Source of the DNA: an uncultured cyanobacterium
GTDB taxonomy: Bacteria > Cyanobacteriota > Cyanobacteriia > Pseudanabaenales > Pseudanabaenaceae
DNA length: 64,000 nucleotides
Direction: 5' to 3'
NCBI GenBank assembly: GCA_963703315.1
Contig: OY969811.1
Location: 1,280,001 to 1,344,000, forward strand
Under the pieces are notes generated by a model. It did not search any database. It saw only the letters and a program-made list of their open reading frames with translations, and was not told where the DNA came from. The position numbers and the translations under genes were made by a program. Shown one piece after another: positions 41,459 through 52,167 of the stretch. Each line of letters starts with the position of its first letter. Position 1 is the first letter of the stretch.

Positions 41459-42472
41459 TTAAGTAATAAACCCATATTTTTTTAAAATTAAAATACCAAA
41501 CGTTGTGGCAACCCAAGTCAGTACGGTTAATAAGATTGGTTGATCGTTTAACAATACTTCTTCTGGACGCTCAGTTTGCCCGCCTACCTCAGTATCAGCA
41601 CTGCGACGGGCAATCTCTTGGGGATCACTCAACAATTGATAACGAAAAACTCCATACATGACAAAAGGTAATGTGACTAGCATCCAAGATGTGGAAGCAC
41701 CGCGCACAATTGGACCAGAACTCCAAAGCGCATAGGTAATGATCGTCCCGTTAGTTGCTACGTTTTCCATGCGATTTAACAAAGATAGCGAGTAGCGATG
41801 GAGGACGGCGCGGGATTTTTTGCCTCTTAGCTCTGATAGTCTCAGTTCCGCTTTACGCTTCTCAATGCCTAAAAATAGCGCAAGCATGGCGGTACAAAGT
41901 ATAAACCATGAAGATAGAACGATCCCCGTCGCCGCCGCACCAGCACAGGCTCTAAGAATGAAGCCGATCGCAATGGCAACGACATCTAAAATGACAGTAC
42001 GTTTGAGGCGGAGATTATATAAAACTTGGAGAATGGCATAACTGAGGATTGCTAATCCTAATCCTGAGTCGCGCCACCAACTAATCGTCAAGGTTGATCC
42101 CAAAAGGATGATTGCCATCGCGATCGCTGTAGGAACGGCAACTACTCCAGAAGCGATCGGACGTTTTGACTTGACTGGATGTTGGCGATCGGACTTCACA
42201 TCAAGAATGTCATTAATCAAATAAAAGCTACTGGAAGTAGCACAGAAAAGGGCAAAAGCTAGTAAGCCGCCAAATAAAGATCTGGTTGTGATTTCAAAGG
42301 CAAAAAGTGGAGCTGCAAATACAACTAGGTTCTTAGTCCACTGTTTCGGTCGCAGTGCTTTTAAATGAGCAGAAAATACTTTGAAACTCGATGGTTTAGT
42401 TGATTTTTGGGGTTGACTGATAATTGGGTTATCATCAACCTCCAGATTTTGCTCTTCTTTTTCGATCGCCAT
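41459..42472 (-). CDS. Decaprenyl/polyprenyl-phosphate phosphoribosyltransferase (UbiA family, DPPR synthase-like)
   Basis: LRPKQWTKN, YLINDILD..SDRQHPVK..RPIASG, KRKAEL, YGVFRY, ERPEEV. Confidence 0.9.
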   Translation of the reverse strand: MAIEKEEQNLEVDDNPIISQPQKSTKPSSFKVFSAHLKALRPKQWTKNLVVFAAPLFAFEITTRSLFGGLLAFALFCATSSSFYLINDILDVKSDRQHPVKSKRPIASGVVAVPTAIAMAIILLGSTLTISWWRDSGLGLAILSYAILQVLYNLRLKRTVILDVVAIAIGFILRACAGAAATGIVLSSWFILCTAMLALFLGIEKRKAELRLSELRGKKSRAVLHRYSLSLLNRMENVATNGTIITYALWSSGPIVRGASTSWMLVTLPFVMYGVFRYQLLSDPQEIARRSADTEVGGQTERPEEVLLNDQPILLTVLTWVATTFGILILKKYGFIT

Positions 42473-42506
42473 AGTTTTTGAAGAAATAATTCTATAAATT
42501 TAAAGA

Positions 42507-43748
42507 TTAACTATTTAAACCTGCGATGTCTTCGTATAAAGATAAGTATCGATTAGCCTGCACCTCATTGGCAAACTCTCGTAAACTTTTGGCTCTGGCA
42601 TGAGCCTGCAATTTTTGATGACGATCTTTGTCTTCGAGTACCCAAATAATCCCTTGAGCCAGATCGGTAATTTCAAAGGGAGTTACTAGATAGCCATTTT
42701 GCTGATGATCGACAATATCTCTCACTCCAGTATTACTAAATGCAACCACAGGCGTACCACAAGCCATAGACTCAGAAGCAGTTTGCCCAAAGGCTTCTTG
42801 AATGGATGGCACAATCGTCACATCGGCGGCTGAATAAACTAGTGATAGAGAAAGATCATCTTTGAAATATCCCAAATAATGGGTTTTAAATCCCAAATCG
42901 ATTTCTTTCTCTGGTTTAGATGCGCCAAAAACAACTAGCTCTACGCGATCGCCCCAACCATGTTGAGCAATTTGCTGAAGCGCAGGCTGCAATAGGTGAA
43001 ATCCTTTTCTGGGATCAGAAGTGGGATTAACTGCTCCAAACAGAATTAGCTGCTTATCCTGTGGCAGATTTAGCAACTGACGGGCTATGGATTTATCAAT
43101 TGGTTTATATGTCTCGGTGTCTAGCCCTAAAGGAATTGTTTCTACTCTGGTATTTTGGAAAATTGAGCTAGATTTAGCACAATCTGCCATCCATGAAGAA
43201 GTTGCCACAATAGTTAGGTTGAGATTTTGCCAAGCCTTTATTTTTCTTTGCAAAACCCAGTTAGAGAGATCATTAGGGCGATCGCTACCCAGTTGGGGAC
43301 AGCTACCACAAGATACTTTGTATTTTTCGCATTCTTGGGTATAGACGCAGCCACCCGTAAAGGGCCACATATCATGGAGAGTCCAAACTAGGGGCTTTCT
43401 AAATTTAGGCAATGTCTCAATTTGCAGATAGCCATTACAAACCCAATGTAAATTAATGATATCTGGCTTGATCTGAGCAACCCTTGAGGCAAGGACATCA
43501 GGAAACCATTGAGGAGAGAAAGTGTCGTATTTGTGTTTTGGATAAAGCCGCAGTAGTAGTCCCGACATTGGGGGACCTAATTTAGTCAAGAGTGATTTGT
43601 CAGCCGTGACAGTGCGATCGCTACTAAATTTAGCGCGTACTAGCATTTGCGAAGAGCATCCTATGGACTGCAATCCTTGACTCAATCGATAAGCAGCCCT
43701 TGCGCCTCCATTGTCAATATCAGAGGTACTCAGATGTAAAACTTTCAT
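42507..43748 (-). CDS. GT4 glycosyltransferase (WcaC-like)
   Basis: GGARAAYRL, WTLHDMWPFTGGC, EAFGQTASE. Confidence 0.93.
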   Translation of the reverse strand: MKVLHLSTSDIDNGGARAAYRLSQGLQSIGCSSQMLVRAKFSSDRTVTADKSLLTKLGPPMSGLLLRLYPKHKYDTFSPQWFPDVLASRVAQIKPDIINLHWVCNGYLQIETLPKFRKPLVWTLHDMWPFTGGCVYTQECEKYKVSCGSCPQLGSDRPNDLSNWVLQRKIKAWQNLNLTIVATSSWMADCAKSSSIFQNTRVETIPLGLDTETYKPIDKSIARQLLNLPQDKQLILFGAVNPTSDPRKGFHLLQPALQQIAQHGWGDRVELVVFGASKPEKEIDLGFKTHYLGYFKDDLSLSLVYSAADVTIVPSIQEAFGQTASESMACGTPVVAFSNTGVRDIVDHQQNGYLVTPFEITDLAQGIIWVLEDKDRHQKLQAHARAKSLREFANEVQANRYLSLYEDIAGLNS

Positions 43749-43778
43749 ATTTATTAGGGTTTAGTAAAGCGTTATTGC

Positions 43779-44909
43779 TTAGCTAGTTTTTTTAGTCTGC
43801 AATAATCCCTTACGTTCCATCTCCTTCAAAGATTCCTGTAACACCTCTGGTTTAAGTGGCTCTTGATGCAGATACCAATCGAGATACTGCGAGAGTCCAT
43901 CCTTAAGGGAAGTTGGTTCCCATTTGCCTAACTGTGTTTCGTAGTGACTCATGTCGGCAACAGCATGACGAATATCACCGATGCGGAAACGTCCTGAGAT
44001 TTTATAGTCAGCTTTTTTATTGAGAAGCTGGGCGATCGTTTCGACAACATCAATCAGAGTTACAGCTAGTCCACTGCCAACATTGATTGTCGTATTCAAA
44101 GTCTGGTCAGCGGTCATAGATTTAACCACAGCATCAGCAATATCGCCGACAAACACAAAATCTCTCGTCACTAAGCCATCTTCAAAAAGCTCCAATGGCG
44201 TTCCTTGAGAAATGGCATTGGTGAAAATACCAATAATGCCAGTATAGGGATTGCCTAGCTCTTGTTTAGGTCCATACACATTCTGGAACCGTAATGTCAC
44301 CAAGTCGATCGCCTGACTCTCGCAGTAAACTTCTAATAGCTGCTCTTGCCAAAGCTTAGTTAAACCATACACAGAAGTAGGCTTAGTAAGATAGGTTTCG
44401 CGCATGGGCAAGGGATTTAAAATTTCACCCTCAGGGCTACATACTTCCCAAATACCGCTTTGGAGGTTCTCTAGATTTCTGCCCTTAGGATAGAGAACTG
44501 ACTTCCCATCGGTGTAAGCGCCATCACCATAGACAGCACGACTGGAAGATAGAACCACACGGCGAGGCTTATGCTGGAGAGAGGAAATTAGCTCTAATAA
44601 TTTTGCTGTACCGTTGGCATTGTCCTGTACATAGCGACTAATCTCGTACATTGACTGCCCCGTGCCAGTTTGGGCTACTAAATGCACAACAACATCCGTA
44701 CCTTCGATAATCTCTTTGTAATTAGCAATATCCTGAATATCGGCTCTAATACATTGAGCGCGAGCTTTTAACTCTGGCGCGAAATCCTGCGATTTGGTAT
44801 GTACCTGTGGATCGAGAGAGTCAAGCACAATTACTTCAAATTCAGTGGGGATTTTTTCAATCAACCACTTGCCAATAAACCCTGCACCACCAGTAATGAG
44901 AACTTTCAT
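43779..44909 (-). CDS. NAD-dependent epimerase/dehydratase
   Basis: TGGAGFIG, YGLTK, RFQNVYG. Confidence 0.92.
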   Translation of the reverse strand: MKVLITGGAGFIGKWLIEKIPTEFEVIVLDSLDPQVHTKSQDFAPELKARAQCIRADIQDIANYKEIIEGTDVVVHLVAQTGTGQSMYEISRYVQDNANGTAKLLELISSLQHKPRRVVLSSSRAVYGDGAYTDGKSVLYPKGRNLENLQSGIWEVCSPEGEILNPLPMRETYLTKPTSVYGLTKLWQEQLLEVYCESQAIDLVTLRFQNVYGPKQELGNPYTGIIGIFTNAISQGTPLELFEDGLVTRDFVFVGDIADAVVKSMTADQTLNTTINVGSGLAVTLIDVVETIAQLLNKKADYKISGRFRIGDIRHAVADMSHYETQLGKWEPTSLKDGLSQYLDWYLHQEPLKPEVLQESLKEMERKGLLQTKKTS

Positions 44910-44979
44910 AGATATAATTTTTGCTAGTTAATATTGGTTTTTACGAGAATAGGCGGTGTATTGTACCGCCTATCTAAAA

Positions 44980-45897
44980 TTAGTATTTTTTAAATTTAAA
45001 ACTACTCATCGCTAACTCATCTAGTTGTTTATGCTTGATTCGCAAAAACACCTTTCTGAGAAAATAGTAGGGAAAGAAAACGGAAATTTTTGCCTGTTCT
45101 AGCAGAAATGGAACAGTTTTTTCTTGATCCTTAGGCTCCTCAGCTTTAAGGGAATAATCATCCAAAATATTTCCTACTGGGATGCGAAAGCCCCGACGAT
45201 AGACATTCATATAGTTGGAGCCATGCACGACTTCAATCCACAGAGGCTTACAGAAAATCTTTTTCGCAGATTTACATACCTCATAGAGTTCTTTGTGAGG
45301 TCTGCATAGACAGGTATTAAAGGATTCAGGATTGTATTTTTCGATCAAGCTGATGAAATGATTGGCAAGCTCAAAATCAAAGTAGAGCTTCCCTTCAGCT
45401 AGCTGGTAGCCAAAGAAAAAGTTTAATGTCTCTCCATCTTTCGGCTCAAAGTGTTCTTGGATACACTGCACATAGTCTTTGTGAATCGCATCGTCATTAT
45501 CCAGCCAAGTTGTAATCAGGTATTCACAATCACTGGGAATATATTCACGGACAACAGTTCTGACCTCATCAGGAAATGCGCCGTATGGCAGGGGACAATC
45601 TAAATAGACAGGAACAAAGTTTTCCCATGCCTTAGCATAGTCGGCAATTTTTTGCTTGAAAGGCTCTGGGGTATCGACATCAAAAAAAACTAGCCATTTG
45701 AAATTTTGATTAGACTGCTTCGAGACGGATGGAAAACAGTATTGATCAAATAGATTAAATCTCCTTTCAAGCCATGCGGGTTCACATCCTGGTCTGAGTT
45801 CTGGAAAACTTCTAACATTAAACTTGGTTAGAAAAAAATGATTAAACTGTCCCACTTTATTTTGTCCAGCGATTTTTTCAAGATTATGATCAATCAT
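44980..45897 (-). CDS. Putative glycosyltransferase (rhamnosyltransferase-like)
   Basis: LTKFN, RRFNLF..YCFPSV..Q.NQNF.W, TTWLDNDD. Confidence 0.75.
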   Translation of the reverse strand: MIDHNLEKIAGQNKVGQFNHFFLTKFNVRSFPELRPGCEPAWLERRFNLFDQYCFPSVSKQSNQNFKWLVFFDVDTPEPFKQKIADYAKAWENFVPVYLDCPLPYGAFPDEVRTVVREYIPSDCEYLITTWLDNDDAIHKDYVQCIQEHFEPKDGETLNFFFGYQLAEGKLYFDFELANHFISLIEKYNPESFNTCLCRPHKELYEVCKSAKKIFCKPLWIEVVHGSNYMNVYRRGFRIPVGNILDDYSLKAEEPKDQEKTVPFLLEQAKISVFFPYYFLRKVFLRIKHKQLDELAMSSFKFKKY

Positions 45898-46979
45898 CGG
45901 CTAATTCCTGTAATTTCTACTACTTGCCCTGTTTTCGCACTTGAGTAGGCTGCATCTACAATCTGCATATTGATTGCTCCTTCAATACCGCTAGAGATAG
46001 GTGTGTGTTTAGTTTTAATACAGTCAAAAAAATGCGCCATCTGGCGATCGTACATAGATTGGGGGAAATGAGCCTTGCGCGGAAATTTAAAATTTGATTT
46101 TACCTCCACGATTTCTTCTTGTTTCTTGAATTTAGATAGTACACGATTAAAGAGGGAGTGATCTGAACTTTTTGCTTTTTTGCTATTTGGTAGTAGCAAT
46201 CGCGTAGGAAATATCTGTCCAAAACCCTTTTTACCATAAAGCTGTGTCCCTGCAAGGGGGCTATCAACATAGGGTTGACACCAGCCTGATTCAATGTAGG
46301 AGGTTGTGCCATTATCCCAGTTAATGATAATTACACCTGTATCATCGACATCGAAATTTTGATCACAATCTTTATAATATGTGCCGATTTTGGCAAATAC
46401 GCTTACAGGCTGCGGATCGCCAATCAAGAATCTAGTTGTATCGATCGCATGAATACCAACATCAGCGATCGCCCCACCTCCCGCCAATTGCTGATCAGTA
46501 AACCAGCCTTCAGGTCCCCAATGAGTATGCACGCCATAGCCCTTAGTGCGAACAATTTGACCAAGCTGTTCAGCCTGCGATCGCAACCATAAAACCTCTT
46601 CATCAAACCGCCAACAATGGGCGACGACTAAAACAGTTTGCGATCGCAGGCTTGCCTCGATTACTTCAGCACTTTCAATGGCATTAAGCGCCATTGGTTT
46701 CTCTACCATTACGGGAATTTTGGCATTGAGGGCAGCGATCGCCTGTGGGGCGTGTAAGAAATTAGGAGTACCGATCACTAAAGCATCAAATTTGGCTTCA
46801 GCAAGGGCTTCTTCGATGGTTACATATTGATAGGGGATCGAAAATTTTTGAGTGAAGTCAGTGGCTTTATCTAAAAATTTTTCAATTACTGCAACTACTT
46901 CCCCACCTTGATTTTTGACAGCTTGAGCATGAACATGAGCGATATGTCCCGCCCCTGCAATTGCTACTTTGAGAGTCAT
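45894..46979 (-). CDS. Gfo/Idh/MocA oxidoreductase
   Basis: GAGHIA, EKPMA, GGGAIADVGIH. Confidence 0.92.
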   Translation of the reverse strand: MTLKVAIAGAGHIAHVHAQAVKNQGGEVVAVIEKFLDKATDFTQKFSIPYQYVTIEEALAEAKFDALVIGTPNFLHAPQAIAALNAKIPVMVEKPMALNAIESAEVIEASLRSQTVLVVAHCWRFDEEVLWLRSQAEQLGQIVRTKGYGVHTHWGPEGWFTDQQLAGGGAIADVGIHAIDTTRFLIGDPQPVSVFAKIGTYYKDCDQNFDVDDTGVIIINWDNGTTSYIESGWCQPYVDSPLAGTQLYGKKGFGQIFPTRLLLPNSKKAKSSDHSLFNRVLSKFKKQEEIVEVKSNFKFPRKAHFPQSMYDRQMAHFFDCIKTKHTPISSGIEGAINMQIVDAAYSSAKTGQVVEITGISR

Positions 46980-47105
46980 AATATTTCCTTTTTTACTTGA
47001 GAGGTTGTCCTATTGGACATTGGCAAATATTAAAAAATGAGGTTAATCTTAAAAAATAGAAAAAAGTAGAGATTTTTAATTTCCCTCTGGATTAATTTAA
47101 ACTCT

Positions 47106-48212
47106 CTACTTTTTCAGTAACGGCTCAAACTGTTTTAATTGCGATAACCACTCTATGGAAAGACGACAGCCTTCATCAAAGGTAACAACTGGGGCATAGC
47201 CTAAGATTTTCTCGGCTTTGGTAAAAGGAAGCTTATATTGAGATTGCTGCAATTCTGCCATCATTTCATTAACAACGGCTTGTGGTTTTGGCGCGATTTT
47301 CTGGACTGCTTCGACTTCTACTACAGGTTGTGTTTTCTTTCGTTTGGGAATTACATTTTTGAGGTTATCTTTGAGGTCTTCAGGCACTGAGGCGAGAAGT
47401 TTCTGGACAAATTGAGAGTTAGTAATTGCACTGATTAACTCCTGTTTGCGGCTACGCGGAAACTCAGGAATTGGCAGGGTGGGAATCTGGGTGGGATCAA
47501 CGCCAAAGGCTTCCGCAAAAGGACGATAAAAATCAAACCATGTGATCTCTTCGCGATCGCCTACAAAAAATGCTTCCCCATCTGCCTCTGGCGTGGTCAG
47601 CCCTAGTTGGATGCCATGAATGAGATTGTCAATATAGACACTATTACAAACGCCTTTACCCTCATTGATAAAGTAGGCTGTGCCTTGAGAAAGCTGACTT
47701 GCCAAATCTGACACCCAACGCGATCGCGGACCAAAGACCACCCCAGGGCGAAAAATCACTACCTCAACAGAGCCACTTTTCCGTAGTTTCAGGAGCTTGC
47801 GTTCAGCATCAATTTTTGCGGAATGGGCGGCGAATTGCTGTTTTTCGACTAGAGGACTAGCTTCGGTAGTACCGATCGCAGGCGCAGAACGGTGGACAAT
47901 CATCGAACTTAAGTAGACAATACGCTTCACGCCTGCTTTCTGAGCCGCTTTATAGGCAGGTTCTACACTACCGCGTATTAATCCGGGGCTACCCAAGACG
48001 GAGTGAATTACAACATCGCAACCTCTAAAGGCATCTGCTAATTGGGATTGATCAAAGGCACTGGCAATCTGATAGTTTGAGTTTTTTAAGGTTAGGCGAT
48101 CGGCACTAGTTGCAGATCTTACAATTGGGCATATTTCATGACCTTGAGCATGAAATATCTCGGCGGCTCGATTACCAACAAAGCCACTAGCTCCCACAAT
48201 CCCAATTTTCAT
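47106..48212 (-). CDS. Atypical SDR / NAD-dependent epimerase-like protein
   Basis: GASGFVG; likely start MKIGIVG at 48212; catalytic YxxxK appears as HSAK with no Tyr. Confidence 0.85.
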   Translation of the reverse strand: MKIGIVGASGFVGNRAAEIFHAQGHEICPIVRSATSADRLTLKNSNYQIASAFDQSQLADAFRGCDVVIHSVLGSPGLIRGSVEPAYKAAQKAGVKRIVYLSSMIVHRSAPAIGTTEASPLVEKQQFAAHSAKIDAERKLLKLRKSGSVEVVIFRPGVVFGPRSRWVSDLASQLSQGTAYFINEGKGVCNSVYIDNLIHGIQLGLTTPEADGEAFFVGDREEITWFDFYRPFAEAFGVDPTQIPTLPIPEFPRSRKQELISAITNSQFVQKLLASVPEDLKDNLKNVIPKRKKTQPVVEVEAVQKIAPKPQAVVNEMMAELQQSQYKLPFTKAEKILGYAPVVTFDEGCRLSIEWLSQLKQFEPLLKK

Positions 48213-48341
48213 ATTTTGCCTGAAAGTAAGTTTACAAAAGCATATAAGGAAGCACCACAAAAAATCCTTATTTTCCTGCACTTCCCTTATGCTTCAAATT
48301 AGCATCTCTATACATGGCTATAGTCAAGTACCTGATGATGC

Positions 48342-49976
48342 CTAGATCAAAGTTTTAACATGGTCTGCCAGTCTCAGAGATAGAGCAAGAATCGTGAGTG
48401 TGGGGTTAGAATATCCTGCGGTTGGGAAGACAGAACTGCCTGCTACAAATAAATTAGAGATGCCATGTACTTTGCAGTTAGCATCTACGACTCCTTGCTT
48501 GGGATCGTTATTGATGCGCGTAGAACCAATATGGTGATGCATGGCTAAGTTTTCAAATTTCCAATCTTCTCGCTTCTTGGCAAACTGCAATTTACCTAGT
48601 CCCGCCTTGTCAAACTCCTCAGCCCAAATTTCTTGTACTCGCACTGCATTTTGAATGTCAATTGGATTCAATTTCCAATGCACCTCCACCTTGTTTTGTC
48701 CTAACAAATCTCGCTCTGTCCCCAAGGTGACTCGGTTATTAGGATCAGGCGCTTGTTCAATTTGATAGAAAATCTCAAACTTTGAGAACCTCAGTTTTTC
48801 GTAGGGCAAATAAGACCAATCCCCACGACGGAAACTGGGAATTTTGCGGATCGCTGCCCAGAATCCTGCTGCCACAAGATAATCAGTACCACTTAAAGCT
48901 GTGACCAAATTTTTGGTGATGTCTGACAATGATTGGCGATCGCGTATTGCCGATAGAACCGATCGCAACGCTAAGGTTGCCTCTCTCTGACGCTCTTGGG
49001 GTCTGGGAAATAGCTGAGCGCCATTATTGAGGATATGCTCACGCCGCATCAAATCTTCGGATAGACGTACTCTTGCCATCACAGGAACGCCTTTGGTGCG
49101 GTAGATGTCGTAAAGGGCTGTTTGCTCTAACAGTTTATGGTTATAGGGGATCAGTGAACAGCTTAGGATGGGACGATCCATAAAATATCGACCGACAACA
49201 TCATTTTGGTTTCCTAAGCCCGATGTTTGCTGCTTATTTGATGCCAACAATAAGCGGGCATTTTCAAATCCACCCGTTGCCAAAATAAATATCTTGGCAC
49301 TTAACCAAACTTGTTTATCTTTTGATGCAGCAATCCGTAAACGGGTGACGGTTTGATTACTGTCATCGGTCACAATTTCAACGACGGTGGCATAAATGAT
49401 CGTTGTGATGTTAGGAGTCTGCTTAATTTGCTGTGGATATTCCTCTGTAAATGGATAGCGCAACCCATATTGACTCATCGATGTGCCAATGCGATCGCTT
49501 TTAAAAGGTAACTGCACCGCCCGACGATCTTCCCAATCCTCTGGCTTATAAGAATATGGTCCAATTTGACAAACCTGATGCGCTCGTTCGTAAAAAGGAT
49601 CAAGGTGAGACCTATTAAAAGGCCAGCCACTATAAGGCAACCAATCTCTCTTTTCAAAATCAATCTCATCTAAGGGAAGACAGCGAAATCCATATTCCTT
49701 ATAACCATTCTGTCCTTCCCAAGTATGGGAAGTTCCCCCAACCTGACGCAGCCTTGTATTACTAATTACGGAATAAGGATCACCAATAGCAGTTCCTTCA
49801 CTGAGGGTTTGAATCTCTGGATCAAATTCAAACCCACCACTTTCTAGTAAAGCAACTTGAAAATTTTGATTAGCAAACTCACGAGCGATCGTAAGTCCTG
49901 CTGGTCCAGCACCAATAATACAAACATGGGTTTCTAGATTTTCATCAGGAGGCAGAGATCTTGCATCAATAATCAT
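48342..49976 (-). CDS. GMC family FAD oxidoreductase
   Basis: IGAGPAG, HHIGSTR, GVVDANCKVHG, NPTLTI. Confidence 0.92.
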   Translation of the reverse strand: MIIDARSLPPDENLETHVCIIGAGPAGLTIAREFANQNFQVALLESGGFEFDPEIQTLSEGTAIGDPYSVISNTRLRQVGGTSHTWEGQNGYKEYGFRCLPLDEIDFEKRDWLPYSGWPFNRSHLDPFYERAHQVCQIGPYSYKPEDWEDRRAVQLPFKSDRIGTSMSQYGLRYPFTEEYPQQIKQTPNITTIIYATVVEIVTDDSNQTVTRLRIAASKDKQVWLSAKIFILATGGFENARLLLASNKQQTSGLGNQNDVVGRYFMDRPILSCSLIPYNHKLLEQTALYDIYRTKGVPVMARVRLSEDLMRREHILNNGAQLFPRPQERQREATLALRSVLSAIRDRQSLSDITKNLVTALSGTDYLVAAGFWAAIRKIPSFRRGDWSYLPYEKLRFSKFEIFYQIEQAPDPNNRVTLGTERDLLGQNKVEVHWKLNPIDIQNAVRVQEIWAEEFDKAGLGKLQFAKKREDWKFENLAMHHHIGSTRINNDPKQGVVDANCKVHGISNLFVAGSSVFPTAGYSNPTLTILALSLRLADHVKTLI

Positions 49977-50065
49977 TAGTGGTGTTTAGTAGTACAAGTT
50001 TTACAATTTCAGGTCAGCAAAGATATTTTTGCATTAACAATTGCTAATGTAAAAATAACCTTAAT

Positions 50066-50120
50066 TAAAGACTAAGTAAGAGTGGCGGTACTTCGCGCCG
50101 CCACTCTTACTTAGTCTTTA
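50066..50120. repeat. 23-bp-stem hairpin (degenerate GAA triloop on minus strand)
   Basis: taaagactaagtaagagtggcgg-tacttcgcg-ccgccactcttacttagtcttta. Confidence 0.85.
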
Positions 50121-50122
50121 TA

Positions 50123-51928
50123 TTAATCATCTTGATAATCGTGCTTTTGTCCTTCTATCACAATTTCCTGATAACTACCAGATCTGACAATTTGACCATT
50201 ACTCATTTCATAAATGCGATCGCAATGCTCAACTGTTGTTAAGCGGTGGGCAATGACGATCATCGTTTTGGTGCGTCCCAATTCTCTTAATGCTTCACCA
50301 ATTAAACTTTCAGTTTCATTGTCTAAGGCAGAGGTCGCCTCATCTAATACTAGGATTTCGCGCTCATAGTAAAGCGCACGAGCAATCCCAATTCTCTGAC
50401 GTTGACCTCCCGATAGTCTTACCCCATTTTCACCGACAAAGGTATGTACACCTTCAGGTAACTGTTCGATTAACTCTGAAAGCTGGGCAGTTTTAATTGC
50501 TTTATCTAGCTTTTGCTTATCAATTTGATCATCGGGCAAGCCAAAGGCAATATTTCTTTCGATAGTGTCATCCATCAAGAAAATTGACTGGGGAATATAG
50601 CCAATCAAATTTTGCCAAGCGCGGAGATCGCTGTACACAGATAAACCATCAACTTGAATATCTCCAGACTGAGGTATCAATAAGCCCAAAAACACATCAC
50701 TAAGAGTGGTCTTACCTGCGCCCGACTTGCCAATTAAAGCGATCGATTCTCCCTTACGAATTGTCAAAGAAACATCTGCTAAAGCTTGTCTAGCTGCCCC
50801 TGGGTAAGAATAATTAAGCTTATCAATCACCAGTTTGTCTGTAAAAGGATGAACTTGATTATTGTTTGCGGCATCTGCTTTATTACCAGACATACCTAAA
50901 TATTTTAGGGACTCTGGAGTTTCTAATTCCTTCAAATCTAAGTAAAGGCGATCAAGAGTTGGTTTATTGTTTCGCAGTACTCCCATGCAAGTTAACAATT
51001 GACTAGCCGATGGAATAATTCGTACTGAGGCGATCGCGAAAATACCTAAAACAGAAACCAGACTATCAGAGCGTTCGACAATAATTAATGATAGCGATAC
51101 AAAACCAACTACAAATGTGATTAACAATGTTTCGATCACAATGCGCGGTAGTTGCTGAAAAGAATGAAATAGACTAGCTGCTCTTGCATATTTATTAGAC
51201 TGAGCAAGTAGCTGATTTTCAAAAAAACTTTCGCAGCCAATTAATTTTGTAGTTTTCAATCCCCCGATCGCATGATTAACCACTCGAATTGTTTCTGTAT
51301 TTGCCTCTACACCTGCTTTTCCCCAACTCGCAACTTTATGTCTAAAATAATGAAATGGAACAACTACAATTAGCAATAACCCGAATATACTTACTGTTGC
51401 CAATAAATCTGTTTTTGCCATTAATAACAAAAGCACAACTAGAACAAATAAGTTAGCGATCGAGTTGAGAAGTGGAATCGCGATCGAGTAGGTAAAATTC
51501 GCTGATTCACCACTAATATTTTGGATGACATGAGCAGAATTCGTCTTTAAGTAAAATGTATAGGGAAGTGATAAATAGGTACATAACATTCTTAAACGTA
51601 GTAATACCTGTTGAGAATAGCAGAACTTTAAGACATAGTTTTGTATTTGATAATAGAGGAATGACTTAAAATAAAAAAGTATAACAACAGCCAAACCTAA
51701 TAAAGCAATAAATTGGTTGATACTACTTAACTTTAGATATCCATAAAGATTAGATAGCCAGACATTACCTTGGATTGTTTCTGGCTTTACCGCTAAACCA
51801 ATAAATGGACCAATTAGTCCAATTCCTACAGCATCTAACAGAGAGATAGTTATAAAAAGAGTTACAATCAGTAAAAGTTTGGTTTTTTTAGCAGATATAA
51901 CAAACAGAAATTTTGATAAGTAATCCAT
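50123..51928 (-). CDS. ABC transporter, fused permease/ATPase (HepA/MsbA/PglK-like)
   Basis: N-terminal TM domain; GKSGAGKT, LSGGQRQR, DEATSALD. Confidence 0.92.
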   Translation of the reverse strand: MDYLSKFLFVISAKKTKLLLIVTLFITISLLDAVGIGLIGPFIGLAVKPETIQGNVWLSNLYGYLKLSSINQFIALLGLAVVILFYFKSFLYYQIQNYVLKFCYSQQVLLRLRMLCTYLSLPYTFYLKTNSAHVIQNISGESANFTYSIAIPLLNSIANLFVLVVLLLLMAKTDLLATVSIFGLLLIVVVPFHYFRHKVASWGKAGVEANTETIRVVNHAIGGLKTTKLIGCESFFENQLLAQSNKYARAASLFHSFQQLPRIVIETLLITFVVGFVSLSLIIVERSDSLVSVLGIFAIASVRIIPSASQLLTCMGVLRNNKPTLDRLYLDLKELETPESLKYLGMSGNKADAANNNQVHPFTDKLVIDKLNYSYPGAARQALADVSLTIRKGESIALIGKSGAGKTTLSDVFLGLLIPQSGDIQVDGLSVYSDLRAWQNLIGYIPQSIFLMDDTIERNIAFGLPDDQIDKQKLDKAIKTAQLSELIEQLPEGVHTFVGENGVRLSGGQRQRIGIARALYYEREILVLDEATSALDNETESLIGEALRELGRTKTMIVIAHRLTTVEHCDRIYEMSNGQIVRSGSYQEIVIEGQKHDYQDD

Positions 51929-52167
51929 TAAACAACATATCCCTAATGATAGATTTCTTTAGCAAAGACTGGGTTTTTGAAGACAAATAAAGACTATTGT
52001 ACAAGAAAAATCTAGTGTTTACCCTTAATCAAAGGACTAAATGAAAGTATTAGGTAAGAAATTTGAGATAAACCTCAAATTCGTCTTTGCACTTACCACA
52101 GCTAATTAAAACCTAGTAATTTCATGTGATTAGGATTTGTAGTAATTATTACTCACCGAATAGCTAT

